From NCBI GenBank assembly GCA_016222825.1, contig JACRQF010000011.1, forward strand, positions 61,301-125,300: a stretch of 64,000 nt of DNA, written 5' to 3'. Source of the DNA: Verrucomicrobiota bacterium (GTDB lineage Bacteria > Verrucomicrobiota > Verrucomicrobiia > CAIQCK01). Made by a program: the position numbers and the translations under genes. Below are positions 9,516-20,329 of this stretch, in pieces. The notes below the pieces were generated by a model. That model had not been told where the DNA came from, ran no database searches, and saw only the letters and a program-made list of their open reading frames with translations. How positions within the stretch are numbered: the first letter of the stretch is position 1; each line of letters begins with the position of its first letter.

Positions 9516-12500
9516 TTATTTCGCCAAAGTCCGGATGCTCAACTCGCACGGCGTTTGCGGCGGCAACTCGAAGCGGATTCGGGTTCGCGGGCCTTTGGCG
9601 GTGAACGTGCCGGTGGCCAGCGGTCTGGCTGCGCCGGGCGCGGTCAGGTTGAAGCGATAGTCGCCGGGCTGGAGCAGATAAAGTTCGGCAGACATGGAGC
9701 GGGGCGACTTGCCGAAGTGGAACAGTTCGGCGGTGAAACGGTCGGGGCCGCTGGCGGTGACGAGCGCGGCGAGGTCGCGCGGGGGCGTCAGCCAGCGCAC
9801 GGCGTTGAGCGGGAAATAAAGCGCGTCGCCGGGATCGCCGGTGACGGTGCGGTAGAGCAGTTCAGTGTCGGGCTTTTGAAAGCTCGCGATGGGTTTCTCG
9901 AACATGCCGTTCTTGCCGAATAGCGTGGGGAAGCGCAGGACGCGGTCGGTGTAGCGCACTTCGCTGGTGTAGCCTTCAAAGTTGGTCGCCAGCGCGGCGG
10001 CGGTTTCGCGGAGCGCGTTGGTGAGCGAGCCGCTTTCGACGGCCAGCAGCGGGTCGAACTCGGTGCTGCCGGTGAGGTGTTTGTATTTCGCCAAGACGCT
10101 GGAGAGGTTGATGCGCGAGGCGCACCACGCTTCGCTGCCGGGCGGGGCGTCCTTGGCGGGCGAACGCAATTGTTTCAAACGCGCGGCGGCCATCGATCGG
10201 ATCGGGGCGAGATAGTTGGTGTTGCCGGTCATGCGCCACGTCAACAAGAGCGTGTGCGTCATCTGACTCATCGCGCTGGGGAAGCTGTAGAGCGTGTGCT
10301 CGCCGTGGTTCTGCGGGTCCCACCAATCGGGGCTGAGTCCGCCGATGCCGCCGTCGGGCCAGTGGATCGCCGTGGGGATGATGCCTGCGGGTTTGCCCCG
10401 CTCGGCGCGCGCGGCGGCGTCCACCCATGTGTCCATCCACGCGCTGAAGAGCTTGGTCAGGCGCGCGTCGCCGGTGCGTTGCCAGTAGAGCAGGGCGGGC
10501 TGCACGGCGCGCGGATGATAGACAGTGTCGCAGGCGCGGTGTGGCTTCGGGTCCACGCGGTCGGCGGCAAAATAGGTGCTCTTGAATTGCAGCAGGCCGC
10601 GCTCGTTGCCGCCGGTCCAGAGCGTCTCCATCAGTTCCGCCAGCCGCAGCACGCGGTCGCGCCAGGATGGATTGTCGGGGTCGAGGTGCATCATCGGCGT
10701 GAGCGTGTCGGCAAGGTCCTCCGCGCTGTGCTCCACATCGGTGAGGATGCTGCTGTAACCTTTCTGCATGTGCGGCAGGTTTAGCAGTGCCTTGGAGAAA
10801 CGCGCCTGTGCCTTCGTGATCTTCGGGCTGTCGAAGCCAATGAGCACCGGCACCCACCAGCGCCACATCTCGCAATCGTCGCCCCAGCCGCCGCCGTATT
10901 GGCCGTCGGGCTGTGTGCGGTGGTCAATCCACCACTCGATGATGTCCGCGAGCCGCTCGATGGCTTCGCGCTGATGGACGGCCCACGCTGGCGCGTTGGA
11001 GGGGGCGGTGTATTTCTTGGGCGCGGGAAACTGCTTGCCGAGATACATCGCGGCGATGCGGTTCTCCGGGAACGCCTTCGCGGCCTGTTCGAAGGACTGT
11101 CGCGCCTTGTCGAGCAACGCGCGGCGCTGCTGGTGGTTGCTCCAGAAGCCACCGGACTCCAGCGTGATCCAGGTCAGCATCCTGCCGCGGTAGAACGCGG
11201 CGAGCGGCTGGAGCGGTGAGTCGGGCGCGAGGCCGAAATCGCAGTCGAGCGATTTTTTGAAGCGTTTGGCGAAGTAGTCGAGTTGCTTGTCGTGCGCGTA
11301 GCGGTCCACCTCGGCGATCATCTTGTCGAGGTCGTCGGCGAGACGTGGGTCGAGGTCGGGAAGCTGGCGCGCCTGCTTCAGAGAGGCAAGTCGTTCCTTT
11401 TCGGTGTTCGCGTTGCCCGCCTGCTGAATGAGGCGGAGCGGTGAAGCCTCAGCGCTTGGCTGCCGGCCCACGCCGCGGGTCATCATCGTCTTCAGTTCCT
11501 CAAGGTGGCGTTCATAGACGCCGCGCGGCAACGTATCGTGCTGTTTGCAGAGCGCAGCGGCCATGCCGAGCACTTCGCCCATCATGCCGGTGGTGCGCTG
11601 CACGCGAATGGTGCCGAGCGCAACGTGGGTCACGCTGATGTTGCGGCCTGCCATCATGAGGTTGGGGACGTTGCGGCTGTAGAGGCAACGGAACGGAATT
11701 GGGTAGGGCTTGACCTTCGTGTGCCGTGCGATGGACCGAAACTCCTCGCCGGGAAAGAGGCGCGTGTTCTCCGGGTGCGGATAGTGCAGATCAATGCTCC
11801 ACGTCGTCGTCACGCTCGCGTCGGGGAACGGCCGCTGACCGACGATGTCCTGTTCCTGCAAGATCACATCGCCGAGGAGGCGGCGGCTTTCGCGCTTGCC
11901 GCCGATGCAGGCGACCCACACGAGCCGATGCTTCGCAATCTTCTCCTTCATGTCGCTGTGGTTCTTCAGGAACGCCCAGTTGCCGAAGGTGACGCGCAGG
12001 GCGTGGTCGCGGATGCGCTCGATCTCGGTGACTTGGTCAAGGTTCATGCCCGTCTCCCAATCCCAATCGCCCTTCGTGAGCTTCTGGCATGTCTCGGCGG
12101 TGAACTGCATGGCCCACGGGCAGTCGGGGAACGGCGCGGGTTTGGCCTCCTCCTCCGCATACCACTGGACCGAAGTGCCCATCACCAACTTGTCGGCTTT
12201 CTCCGGCGCGCGCGATTCGCCCGTCTCGCTCTGTGCCTCGCGGCCAACGCGGAAATCCGCGCCTGCGAGGAAGCCGAGGGTTCCGTCGCCGGTGCAATCG
12301 GTGAAGAGACGACCACGGAAGCGCGTCTCGCGGCTGGAGATGATGCTCTTGCCGATAACAGCCACGATGCGGCCGTCTTTCTTCTCGGCGCGAACGACGT
12401 GGGTGTTCAAGAACAGCCGCACGTTCTTCTCAGCTTCGACGACGCGCTGCTTCCGGTCGTCCTCGTAGTTGGAGGCGGGGCCGGCGTTGTGAATCTTCTT

Positions 12501-13397
12501 CTCCGGATGCTGCTCGATGACGGCGAGGATCTGCTTGCTGCGCGGCGACTCCGGGTCGCGTTTGGCTTCGTAGAGCGGCCAGTGGCCGACCGGGCCAATC
12601 TCGTCCACGAGGTCGCCGAGGCGAGGATAGGGCTGCTGGTGGATCAAACCGGACAAACCGACGCGCACCTCGGAACTGTTGTTGCCACCCAGCACGGGGC
12701 GGTCCTGGATAAGCGCTACCCTGCAACCGAGTCGCGCGGCACTCACGGCGGTGCAGCACCCAGCCATGCCGCCACCGACCACGACTAGATCGAACTCGCC
12801 CGCGTCCTCCGGCTCGTCCGGCAAGCCGAGCATCTTGCGCCGGAACTCCGCCATTGCGGGATCGTTGTTTGGTGGACGGAAGTTCTTGTCGCTGGAGAAG
12901 ACAATCGCATCGCATCGTCCGTCGAAGCCAGTCAGGTCGTGAAGCGCGAGCTTCGCTTTCCCGGCGACGAGTTTCACGCTGCCGCCGTCCTGCCAATGCC
13001 ACGCCGCACCTTCGGTGCCGAACGTCGTTTTCAGCGGCTTGCCATTCACGAGCAGTTGGAACCTACCCGGCGCGCCGGGCGCTTTCCATGGCGCCACCCA
13101 ATCGCGTGTGCGGACCCAGACGCGGTATTCGCCGCCACTGGCGACGTTCATCTTCGTTACAGCGTCGGCGACGGGCGTGCCAAGTCCGTGTGCGAGCAAA
13201 TACGGCGACCCCATCACGTCCATCGCCTGCTGGTCCACGGTCCAGCTGCCGTGGTCTGTGAAACCTTCCGCTTCGACGAGGATGGTTTGCGTTGGCCGTT
13301 CGGCGCCGATAACGGCTGAGAAAGCCAGACTCAGCACGAGCACCAAGCGCGTCACGAGTCGGGCAGGGGATGGAGGATGCGAATAATGTGTTTTCAT
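9516..13397 (-). CDS. Secreted FAD-dependent oxidoreductase fused to a large C-terminal domain of unknown function
   Basis: DLVVVGGGMAG, LGGNNSSE, DCTGDG, RESRRLLGD and PFRCLYSRNVPNLMMAGRNIS motifs, followed by about 640 extra C-terminal residues. Confidence 0.85.
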   Translation of the reverse strand: MKTHYSHPPSPARLVTRLVLVLSLAFSAVIGAERPTQTILVEAEGFTDHGSWTVDQQAMDVMGSPYLLAHGLGTPVADAVTKMNVASGGEYRVWVRTRDWVAPWKAPGAPGRFQLLVNGKPLKTTFGTEGAAWHWQDGGSVKLVAGKAKLALHDLTGFDGRCDAIVFSSDKNFRPPNNDPAMAEFRRKMLGLPDEPEDAGEFDLVVVGGGMAGCCTAVSAARLGCRVALIQDRPVLGGNNSSEVRVGLSGLIHQQPYPRLGDLVDEIGPVGHWPLYEAKRDPESPRSKQILAVIEQHPEKKIHNAGPASNYEDDRKQRVVEAEKNVRLFLNTHVVRAEKKDGRIVAVIGKSIISSRETRFRGRLFTDCTGDGTLGFLAGADFRVGREAQSETGESRAPEKADKLVMGTSVQWYAEEEAKPAPFPDCPWAMQFTAETCQKLTKGDWDWETGMNLDQVTEIERIRDHALRVTFGNWAFLKNHSDMKEKIAKHRLVWVACIGGKRESRRLLGDVILQEQDIVGQRPFPDASVTTTWSIDLHYPHPENTRLFPGEEFRSIARHTKVKPYPIPFRCLYSRNVPNLMMAGRNISVTHVALGTIRVQRTTGMMGEVLGMAAALCKQHDTLPRGVYERHLEELKTMMTRGVGRQPSAEASPLRLIQQAGNANTEKERLASLKQARQLPDLDPRLADDLDKMIAEVDRYAHDKQLDYFAKRFKKSLDCDFGLAPDSPLQPLAAFYRGRMLTWITLESGGFWSNHQQRRALLDKARQSFEQAAKAFPENRIAAMYLGKQFPAPKKYTAPSNAPAWAVHQREAIERLADIIEWWIDHRTQPDGQYGGGWGDDCEMWRWWVPVLIGFDSPKITKAQARFSKALLNLPHMQKGYSSILTDVEHSAEDLADTLTPMMHLDPDNPSWRDRVLRLAELMETLWTGGNERGLLQFKSTYFAADRVDPKPHRACDTVYHPRAVQPALLYWQRTGDARLTKLFSAWMDTWVDAAARAERGKPAGIIPTAIHWPDGGIGGLSPDWWDPQNHGEHTLYSFPSAMSQMTHTLLLTWRMTGNTNYLAPIRSMAAARLKQLRSPAKDAPPGSEAWCASRINLSSVLAKYKHLTGSTEFDPLLAVESGSLTNALRETAAALATNFEGYTSEVRYTDRVLRFPTLFGKNGMFEKPIASFQKPDTELLYRTVTGDPGDALYFPLNAVRWLTPPRDLAALVTASGPDRFTAELFHFGKSPRSMSAELYLLQPGDYRFNLTAPGAARPLATGTFTAKGPRTRIRFELPPQTPCELSIRTLAK

Positions 13398-15637
13398 GGC
13401 TTTGGGAGAATGGGTTGTTCTTGAACGCTACAGACAATGCAGGCTACGTCGTCATGGAGCGCGGGCAGCGTCAGTTCTAGTTCGCCGTGAGAAGCCGCCT
13501 GCTGTTCCGTCTTCGTCACCACGCCGCGGCGGGTGTCCCACCACTCAATGCGATGGAGGCCGGCACGCATGTTGGGAAGACATGCCTTCGCGCCGGCAAT
13601 CAGCGCAGGCTTGAAGCCGGTCGTGGCGTAGTTCCACGCGTTCAGACGGTGATGAAACCACAACGCAACCGTCCGACCGGAACGCAGGCCATAGACATTC
13701 ATATCGGGGTGGCGGACAGTGTCGCGGTAATTGGAGAGCAGCAGATGAGTCAGATGAGCCCAATCGCTGCCGCGATTGTGCAGCGTGATCTCGTGACGCC
13801 CGGCAGGCACGGCGATGGTGAGGTCTTTGCGGAAATACTTTCGTGAGACATTGAAGTCGGCGTCTCGCAGCGCCGGCTGGCGGTCGAGAACGACCTCGAC
13901 GATGGCATGCGAGGCTTCGTTCACTTGAACGGTAAACTCTCCGTCCACGGGATAGTTCACCTCAAACGTCGGCGGGTTGGCCCAACTGGCGCGGCCCTTG
14001 CCGTAGAGCGCACAACTGAAATCCTGCGCATGCTCCAGCGTGCCGTCGGGTAACACTATGAAGCGATTGCGCGGCGCTTTGCGGCCGGTCTGGCCGAGCG
14101 GCACGACTACGACGGGTGAGTAACGCGCCTTCGCCGCCGGCGCACTCAGCTTCACGGCGTCCGCAGCAAGCGGAACGAACGTTTCTTCGCGCCACGGCAG
14201 CGCACCCAGGAATTTCGCCACAGCGGTGTAGTGGTAGAAAAGATTCCTCGGCTCGATCCGCTCGCGCCACCACCAGGGCAGCGTCGGTCCCGCTGCGCCG
14301 CTCATCACGGAAGCCCAGAGCGCGTTATGAATCTCGATGCCATCCGGGTCGGCGTTGGCGGACTCCGGCCCGCCGCCTTCGCCGACGATGTGCGGCTTCG
14401 GACTCAACGCGCGCATCCGTCCGATGCGGGCGCGGGCCGTTTCCGCGCCGTGGTAGATGTGCGATTGCGTAAAGTCCATTTCCTGGATGCTCCACGTGCG
14501 CGCATTGCTCTCAGAGTTCGCGCCCCAGTGGCTGGTCGTGATGAGATGACGGTTTGGGTCAAGCGAGCGCAGTAAGGCCGCCATCTCCGTCTGCCACGCT
14601 ACCTGTGCATCGGTCTCCGCGCCGAGTTCGTTCCATAACTCCCACGCCCACACAGCGGTGCTGTAGCCGTAGCGCGCGACGATGTATCGCAGCCGCTGCC
14701 GGTAAAGCTGCCGCGCGCGCGGGTCGGTCCAGAAGTCAGTCGCCTTCGCGCACGGGCCGCCGTTGGCCGCGTTGCAGGGATGGCCGCCCCAGTCGCCGTA
14801 GCTGTCGGGCTTGCTCAACTCGCCGCTGTTGCCGAGACAGAGCATCACGCGCAGTCCGTCACGCTCCCAACCGTCGAGACAATGGTCGGCGATCCACGCG
14901 ATGCGCTGGTTATAGACGCCCGCACCGCCGTAGCTGCGCATGTAGTGGCCGGGCCTCGGCCATTTCAGCTTGGGATTGTGTGTCCACTCCAGCCACGTCC
15001 AGTGGCAGAACGTCCAAGCGCGCGCGGCGTTGCAGCCCGCCTCGGCCAAGAGACGCGAGTGGCGCCATGTATGCCAATCGTTCTGCAAGTTCTGGCCAAC
15101 CGGAATGAATGGCGCGCCGTCGTCGAACTCGAAGTATCGCGGCGAGCGCGGATTGACGCGAACAAAACCGTGCCGCTCTGTTGGAACGCTTTCGAACTCC
15201 ATCGGTGCTGACTCCACCCGACCGGAGCGGTCCCGTGCCGCGACGCGGCAGCGATACGGGCCCGTTTCGATCGGCGTGAACCGGACCTTCCAAAGCGGTG
15301 GGCCGTCGGATTCCAGCAACGGCGCGGCCGTTTCCTTCTCTTCTCCCAAGACCCGATATGGTTGGTAGAAGAAGCCTGGCACCTTCACATGCGCGCCGCC
15401 CGGCGTGGTGAAAGTGGCCGTGACTTCGATTTGTTCCGGGTCGAATGGATTCTCGAACGTCGCACTCAGGCGGAGCGCCAGTTCTAACTTCTCGTATCGC
15501 CCGACGCGTGTTGCGCTTGGTTGCACGGATTCGATTGCGAGTTTTCCAGACGACTTCAGTGGCGGCAACTCCGGCTGGATGTCGGCGGCGACGCAAGAGC
15601 AAGCGGCGAAGATGAACGCGAGAAATCTGGGGTTCAT
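13394..15637 (-). CDS. Secreted DUF5060-domain / GH5-like glycoside hydrolase
   Basis: N-terminal NPFDPEQIEV.ATF..P.G...VPGFF and WKVRFTP (DUF5060-like), plus AWELWNE and IVGEGG GH-A-like motifs. Confidence 0.75.
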   Translation of the reverse strand: MNPRFLAFIFAACSCVAADIQPELPPLKSSGKLAIESVQPSATRVGRYEKLELALRLSATFENPFDPEQIEVTATFTTPGGAHVKVPGFFYQPYRVLGEEKETAAPLLESDGPPLWKVRFTPIETGPYRCRVAARDRSGRVESAPMEFESVPTERHGFVRVNPRSPRYFEFDDGAPFIPVGQNLQNDWHTWRHSRLLAEAGCNAARAWTFCHWTWLEWTHNPKLKWPRPGHYMRSYGGAGVYNQRIAWIADHCLDGWERDGLRVMLCLGNSGELSKPDSYGDWGGHPCNAANGGPCAKATDFWTDPRARQLYRQRLRYIVARYGYSTAVWAWELWNELGAETDAQVAWQTEMAALLRSLDPNRHLITTSHWGANSESNARTWSIQEMDFTQSHIYHGAETARARIGRMRALSPKPHIVGEGGGPESANADPDGIEIHNALWASVMSGAAGPTLPWWWRERIEPRNLFYHYTAVAKFLGALPWREETFVPLAADAVKLSAPAAKARYSPVVVVPLGQTGRKAPRNRFIVLPDGTLEHAQDFSCALYGKGRASWANPPTFEVNYPVDGEFTVQVNEASHAIVEVVLDRQPALRDADFNVSRKYFRKDLTIAVPAGRHEITLHNRGSDWAHLTHLLLSNYRDTVRHPDMNVYGLRSGRTVALWFHHRLNAWNYATTGFKPALIAGAKACLPNMRAGLHRIEWWDTRRGVVTKTEQQAASHGELELTLPALHDDVACIVCSVQEQPILPKP

Positions 15638-15646
15638 TGCTGCAAA

Positions 15647-16624
15647 TCAACTGCCACGCGGCGCGATGGTGAAGAACGGTCCGCGCACTTGAAGCGAATC
15701 GGCTTGGGCGAGGCGGATTTGGGCCGCGCCGTCCATGCTGAGCACGGCGCGGCGAAAATCGGTGGGCGTGATGCCTTCCAGTTTGTGGAAGACGCGCGTG
15801 AAGTGGTGCTGGTCCTCAAAGCCGGCGGCGAGCGCGGCCTCCTTGACGGTAGAGCCTTCGTGCCAGAGCACGCCCTTGGCGACCCGCAGCCGCAAGCGCA
15901 CGAGGAATCGCAACGGCGTGACGCCAACAGCGCGGTGAAAGACGCGGCAGAAGTGCTGTTTGCTGAGGTGGGCTGCGCGCGCGATTTCGGCAAGTGTCAG
16001 CGGCTTGGCGACGTTGGTTTCCATGAACGCCAGCGCGCGGCGGATTGGCTCAGGGTGCGACTGCAGCGAGCCGCTCTGTTCCTTCCAGCCGCAACTGCGC
16101 CGGTGGACGATGGCCAGAAGTTCCATCAGACCGGCCCGCACCATCAACTCGTAGCCCGGTGCCTTCGTTTCCGCTTCGTGTATAACGCGGTCGAATATCA
16201 ACGCCACTCGCGGGTCGTCGGCGATGTTGATCTTGCGCGGCAGTTTCAGTCCCGGCGGTGCGGCGGGCGTGCGCCAGCGGTAGCGCCGCGAAGCGGGGGT
16301 GAGCGAGTCCATCGGCCGCTGTTCGTAGTCGCCGACGAAATCGTAATCAAAGCGCATGAACCGAAACCACATCGGTTCGCGATCGCCGGTTCGCATCATC
16401 GTGGGCGTGCCGGCCGGGATGAGCAGCAAGTCGCCCGCGCCGATGTGAACCCATTTGCCGCGAATCTGGAATTCGCCCCAGCCGCTGAGCACATAGACAA
16501 GAATCTGGTCGAAGATGTAGCGGCGTTTGCGAAAGTAACCGGTGGGCACGCGGACCTCACCCGTCCAGCGGACAAAGGGCGCGATGCGATGGAGAGGCCA
16601 GTCTTTCTTCATGGGCGTGGTCAT
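15647..16624 (-). CDS. AraC-family transcriptional regulator
   Basis: Cupin-like N-terminus and C-terminal LTLAEIARAAHLSKQHFCRVF...AALAAGFEDQHHFTRVFHKLEGITP. Start at the ATGA overlap. Confidence 0.93.
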   Translation of the reverse strand: MTTPMKKDWPLHRIAPFVRWTGEVRVPTGYFRKRRYIFDQILVYVLSGWGEFQIRGKWVHIGAGDLLLIPAGTPTMMRTGDREPMWFRFMRFDYDFVGDYEQRPMDSLTPASRRYRWRTPAAPPGLKLPRKINIADDPRVALIFDRVIHEAETKAPGYELMVRAGLMELLAIVHRRSCGWKEQSGSLQSHPEPIRRALAFMETNVAKPLTLAEIARAAHLSKQHFCRVFHRAVGVTPLRFLVRLRLRVAKGVLWHEGSTVKEAALAAGFEDQHHFTRVFHKLEGITPTDFRRAVLSMDGAAQIRLAQADSLQVRGPFFTIAPRGS

Positions 16625-19035
16625 GGGGCAGGGGAGGTTTCGGCACGGAGGTTGGTGAGAGGCGTGCCATCGGGTTTGACGATGCGGACACAAAACTCCC
16701 AGCCCATGTTGTTCTGGGTGATCTTCAGCAGCAATGCGTTCCAGCCTTGCTTGAGTGTGACCGCGGCTTTGTCCGATCCCGGCGTGATGGGGCGGGCGGT
16801 GTTGTTGGCATGAACCACGGCTCCGTTCAACCAGACCTTCACGCCATCGTCGGAGCCGATGTCGAGCCGGGCGGCTTGCGGCTTGTCGGAGTGGATGCGA
16901 GTGCGGATGTAAGCGACGCATTGTTCGCCGCCGTGGAACCTGAGCAGGTCGAGCAGCCACGGCTTGTCCGGGTGTGTGCCGGCGGGCAGCGCGCGCCATT
17001 CAACTTGTCGGGCGGCGGGCTGCTCTGGTGGGAAAGGAATATCGAACAACGAGCGATGGTTCTTGCCGACTTCGGCGTAAGGCCCGGCCACCTGCCACGC
17101 GGTGATGTAGCCGGCGCCGGGTTCAATCTGGTTCAGCGCGGTTTCGGCGGCGTCGCGCACGAGAGAGTCGAGAGAATGTGACAGCAGCCGGGTCAGTGCG
17201 GCCTTGGCGGCGTTGCGGTTTGTGGCTGAGATTTCGCGCGAGATTTGGACGACTGCCATGCCGGCTTCTGCGCGGACGGCTTCGTCAGCAAGGAACGGTT
17301 CGGCCATCTTGATTGCGTTGGCGTCAGGAATCCTTGCCAGTTCGATGAGACCGAGTTTCTTCTCCTCAGGTCGCTGCGAGGCAGCGAATCCCGTCTCGCA
17401 CATCTTCAGGCGCTCGGCGTTCGGCTGTTTCTCGGCAAGAGCGACGGCGCGCCAATAGCCGCGCAACGCGATGACGCGGTGAGGCAGGGTGGGGGCGTCT
17501 TTGGCGAGGGCGAGGAGGTCGGGCATGGCATCAAGTCGGCCGGCGTCGGCTAGGGAGCGGATGGCGGCGTCTTGGATGGCCGCATCCTTGTCGCGAGTGG
17601 CAGCGCGGAGCGCATGGAGCGAGTCGTTGCCCCCGATGCGGCCGAGGACGCGGAGCAGGGCGCATCGCGCGGGAGTCGCGGCGCTCCTGGCGGCTTTCAA
17701 CACCGGCGCTGCGCAGACTTCGCAGCCCTTGCTGCGGGTGCAGATGGATAACAAGGTTTGTTCGACCGCATCGCGCTCTGCATCGGTGCGGGCATTTGTT
17801 AGGAGAAGGGTGAGGTTGGCTGCGGAGTTCTCGTCTGCTGTCAGGGCAAGCGATTGGAGTGAAGCGGCGCAGCAGGAGTCGTTGCCGCGTTTCGCGAGAT
17901 TCAGAAGCGCAGGAACGGCCGACGTTTCCCGGCGCCGGCCCAACGCGAGGATCAGTTCTTTCTGAACTTCCGGTGACGCTTTCGCGCTGTGCGCCAGCAT
18001 GGCGTTGACGATGTTCTTGCCGCGAATCCGATCGAGCGCGTCTCGCGCCGCTTCTTGTTCGGCACCTTTCGCGGTGGCAGCGGCTCCTGCCAGTGTGGAA
18101 ACCACCGAGGCATTGCCCAGCACCCCGAGCGCGTGTAGCGCGGCGACACGCGCGGCCTCCGGCGAGGCTTTGGTCATTTGGACAAGCGCGGGAACGGCAG
18201 CGGCATCTCCACGGCGTTCCAATGCGGAGATCATCGCAACTTGGATGGCCGATGGCAACGAGGACAAAGCTTCCGCAAAAGTCTTGGTCGCGGCTGTGCC
18301 TGGAATTTGGGCAACCGATTGCAACGCGGCGACACCTGCGGCGGAGTCATCTCCGATGAGCGCCTTGAGTGCCAGCGGCGCTGCGTCTTTGCCGGCAGAG
18401 AGAATCAAGCCGCGCCACGCAGCAGTTCGGAAGCGCGGCTCTTTGGAGTCGAGGGATTGCTTGTAGATCGTCGCGGCAGACTTCGCGTCGCGTTCGGCCA
18501 GCATCCCGTCAGCGCAGCGGAGCATAGCGTCCGTCAATGCAGGCTGGAGTTCGGCTGGTGCGGCCGAACGAGCGGCTGTCAACGTCACAACAGTCGCCGA
18601 GCCGCCAATCTTTCCCAACGCTACAGCAGCGGCAGAGGCAACGTGCAGATTGTTATCGCGCACGAGTTTCGCCAGCACTGGCAGCGCGGCGGTTTCGCGG
18701 CGGTTGCCGAGGGAGTGAATGATGCCGACCTTGATCAATCCGGTGGTCTTGCTCAGCGCATCAGCGAGCGCGTGCCCCGCTTCGGTCAGTGGCATGGATT
18801 CCAGCGCGTAGCGGGCGGAGTGAGAGAGTTGCTCATCGGCGAGCAACGCAGCAAGAACAGGCACCGAGCGCGTGGTGCCGATGCGCTTGAGTTGGGCGCA
18901 CGCGGCGTCTTTCTCCTGCAACGAGGCGGTTGATTGGAGGACGGTTATCTGCTGTTCCTCGGTAGTATCTGCGGCGGCTAGAGGCAACGCCAAGGCCGCG
19001 ATGATGGCAGGGATGAGGAGGAAGAGTTTCATCAT
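16621..19035 (-). CDS. Secreted HEAT-repeat protein with C-terminal beta-domain
   Basis: Signal peptide, repeated AA.ALG.IG helical repeats, C-terminal GSDDGVKVWLNG...LKQGWNALLLK. GAGGAG RBS before the start. Confidence 0.85.
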   Translation of the reverse strand: MMKLFLLIPAIIAALALPLAAADTTEEQQITVLQSTASLQEKDAACAQLKRIGTTRSVPVLAALLADEQLSHSARYALESMPLTEAGHALADALSKTTGLIKVGIIHSLGNRRETAALPVLAKLVRDNNLHVASAAAVALGKIGGSATVVTLTAARSAAPAELQPALTDAMLRCADGMLAERDAKSAATIYKQSLDSKEPRFRTAAWRGLILSAGKDAAPLALKALIGDDSAAGVAALQSVAQIPGTAATKTFAEALSSLPSAIQVAMISALERRGDAAAVPALVQMTKASPEAARVAALHALGVLGNASVVSTLAGAAATAKGAEQEAARDALDRIRGKNIVNAMLAHSAKASPEVQKELILALGRRRETSAVPALLNLAKRGNDSCCAASLQSLALTADENSAANLTLLLTNARTDAERDAVEQTLLSICTRSKGCEVCAAPVLKAARSAATPARCALLRVLGRIGGNDSLHALRAATRDKDAAIQDAAIRSLADAGRLDAMPDLLALAKDAPTLPHRVIALRGYWRAVALAEKQPNAERLKMCETGFAASQRPEEKKLGLIELARIPDANAIKMAEPFLADEAVRAEAGMAVVQISREISATNRNAAKAALTRLLSHSLDSLVRDAAETALNQIEPGAGYITAWQVAGPYAEVGKNHRSLFDIPFPPEQPAARQVEWRALPAGTHPDKPWLLDLLRFHGGEQCVAYIRTRIHSDKPQAARLDIGSDDGVKVWLNGAVVHANNTARPITPGSDKAAVTLKQGWNALLLKITQNNMGWEFCVRIVKPDGTPLTNLRAETSPAP

Positions 19036-19039
19036 CTCC

Positions 19040-20329
19040 TCAGATGTGCCACGGCGGACGCTGGGCGATGGAGAGGAGGCGGTTGGCCTCATCGTCGCCG
19101 ACGAACTGCTCACATTGCGGGTTCCACTTCAATGGACGCTGCAACTGCTTCTCGATGCCGCCGAGCAGCAACGCGCTCGCCGAGCGATGGGCGATGTCCT
19201 CGTGGCAGATGGTGCGCTGGCGCGTGCGGATGCATTCGAGGAAATTGCCGGAGTGGCTGTCGCCGCGGTAGAGGTGCGTTTCGTTCGGACGGAGCGGCTC
19301 GCGCACGATGTCGGGAGGATCGGAGATGAGGTTGTCGCGATCCACGGCGATGCGGCCGTTCGTGCCGACGAAACACGCGCCACCATTGCCGCCGACTTTC
19401 TCGCCGGGATACGGTTTGCCGAAGACCGTCACGTTGTTGGCGTAGCGGTAGGCGGTGCGGCCTTCATCCATGAAAAACTCCACCGGGCCGGTTTCATCGG
19501 CGTCGGCGGCCCATTGGACGATGTCGTAGTGATGCTGGCCCCAGTTGAGTTCGCCGATGTCGAAGCGGTGCGCGCCGGTGTTGCCGTCGTAGGGAATCCA
19601 CGGCGCGGGACCGAGATAGAGGTCCCAGTCCACATCGTCTGGCACTGGCCGGCTGGTGCCGAACCGGGTCGGCCACTTGATCGCGCCGCCGTCGCGGTAT
19701 GCGTAAACCTCCCTGAGCCGCCCAATGCGCCCGCTGCGGACAAACTCACATGCGCGGCGGAACTTGCCGCCATACTCGCTGCGCTGCTGAGTGCCGGCTT
19801 GGTAAACGCGCCCGTAGCGCCGCACTGCGGCGGCGACTGCCTGCGCCTCGTGGATGGTGCAGGCGGTGGGTTTCTCGCAATAGATGTCCTTGCCGGCTTC
19901 CGCCGCCATGATCGCCATGATGGCGTGCCAGTGGGCAGGCGTGGCGATGAGCACGGCATCAATGTCGTTGCGCTCCAGCACGCGGCGGAAATCCACATAG
20001 GCTTCGCACGGCTTGCTTCCGCGGCCCGGCATCTGCGCATAGTTCTCGTTCACGCGTTGGGCGCCGCGTTCGCGGCGTTCGCGGCGGATGTCGCAGACGG
20101 CGAGCACTTGCACGTCGGACCGCGCGCTGTATCCGCCGGGGATGTAAGTCCACGCGCCGCCGAGCAAATGGCCGCCACCCTGGCCGCCGACGCCGATGAA
20201 ACCCATTGTGATCCGCTCGCTGGGCGGCGCAACGTTACCGAGACCGAGAACGGATGCGGGGATGACGAAGGGAAGCCCGAGCGTAGTGCCCGTGCCTTTC
20301 AGAAAACTTCGCCGTGAGATGGGTCTCAT
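19040..20329 (-). CDS. Tat-exported Gfo/Idh/MocA oxidoreductase
   Basis: SRRSFLK Tat motif, GFIGVGGQG, IATPAHWH and YCEKP. Confidence 0.93.
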   Translation of the reverse strand: MRPISRRSFLKGTGTTLGLPFVIPASVLGLGNVAPPSERITMGFIGVGGQGGGHLLGGAWTYIPGGYSARSDVQVLAVCDIRRERRERGAQRVNENYAQMPGRGSKPCEAYVDFRRVLERNDIDAVLIATPAHWHAIMAIMAAEAGKDIYCEKPTACTIHEAQAVAAAVRRYGRVYQAGTQQRSEYGGKFRRACEFVRSGRIGRLREVYAYRDGGAIKWPTRFGTSRPVPDDVDWDLYLGPAPWIPYDGNTGAHRFDIGELNWGQHHYDIVQWAADADETGPVEFFMDEGRTAYRYANNVTVFGKPYPGEKVGGNGGACFVGTNGRIAVDRDNLISDPPDIVREPLRPNETHLYRGDSHSGNFLECIRTRQRTICHEDIAHRSASALLLGGIEKQLQRPLKWNPQCEQFVGDDEANRLLSIAQRPPWHI

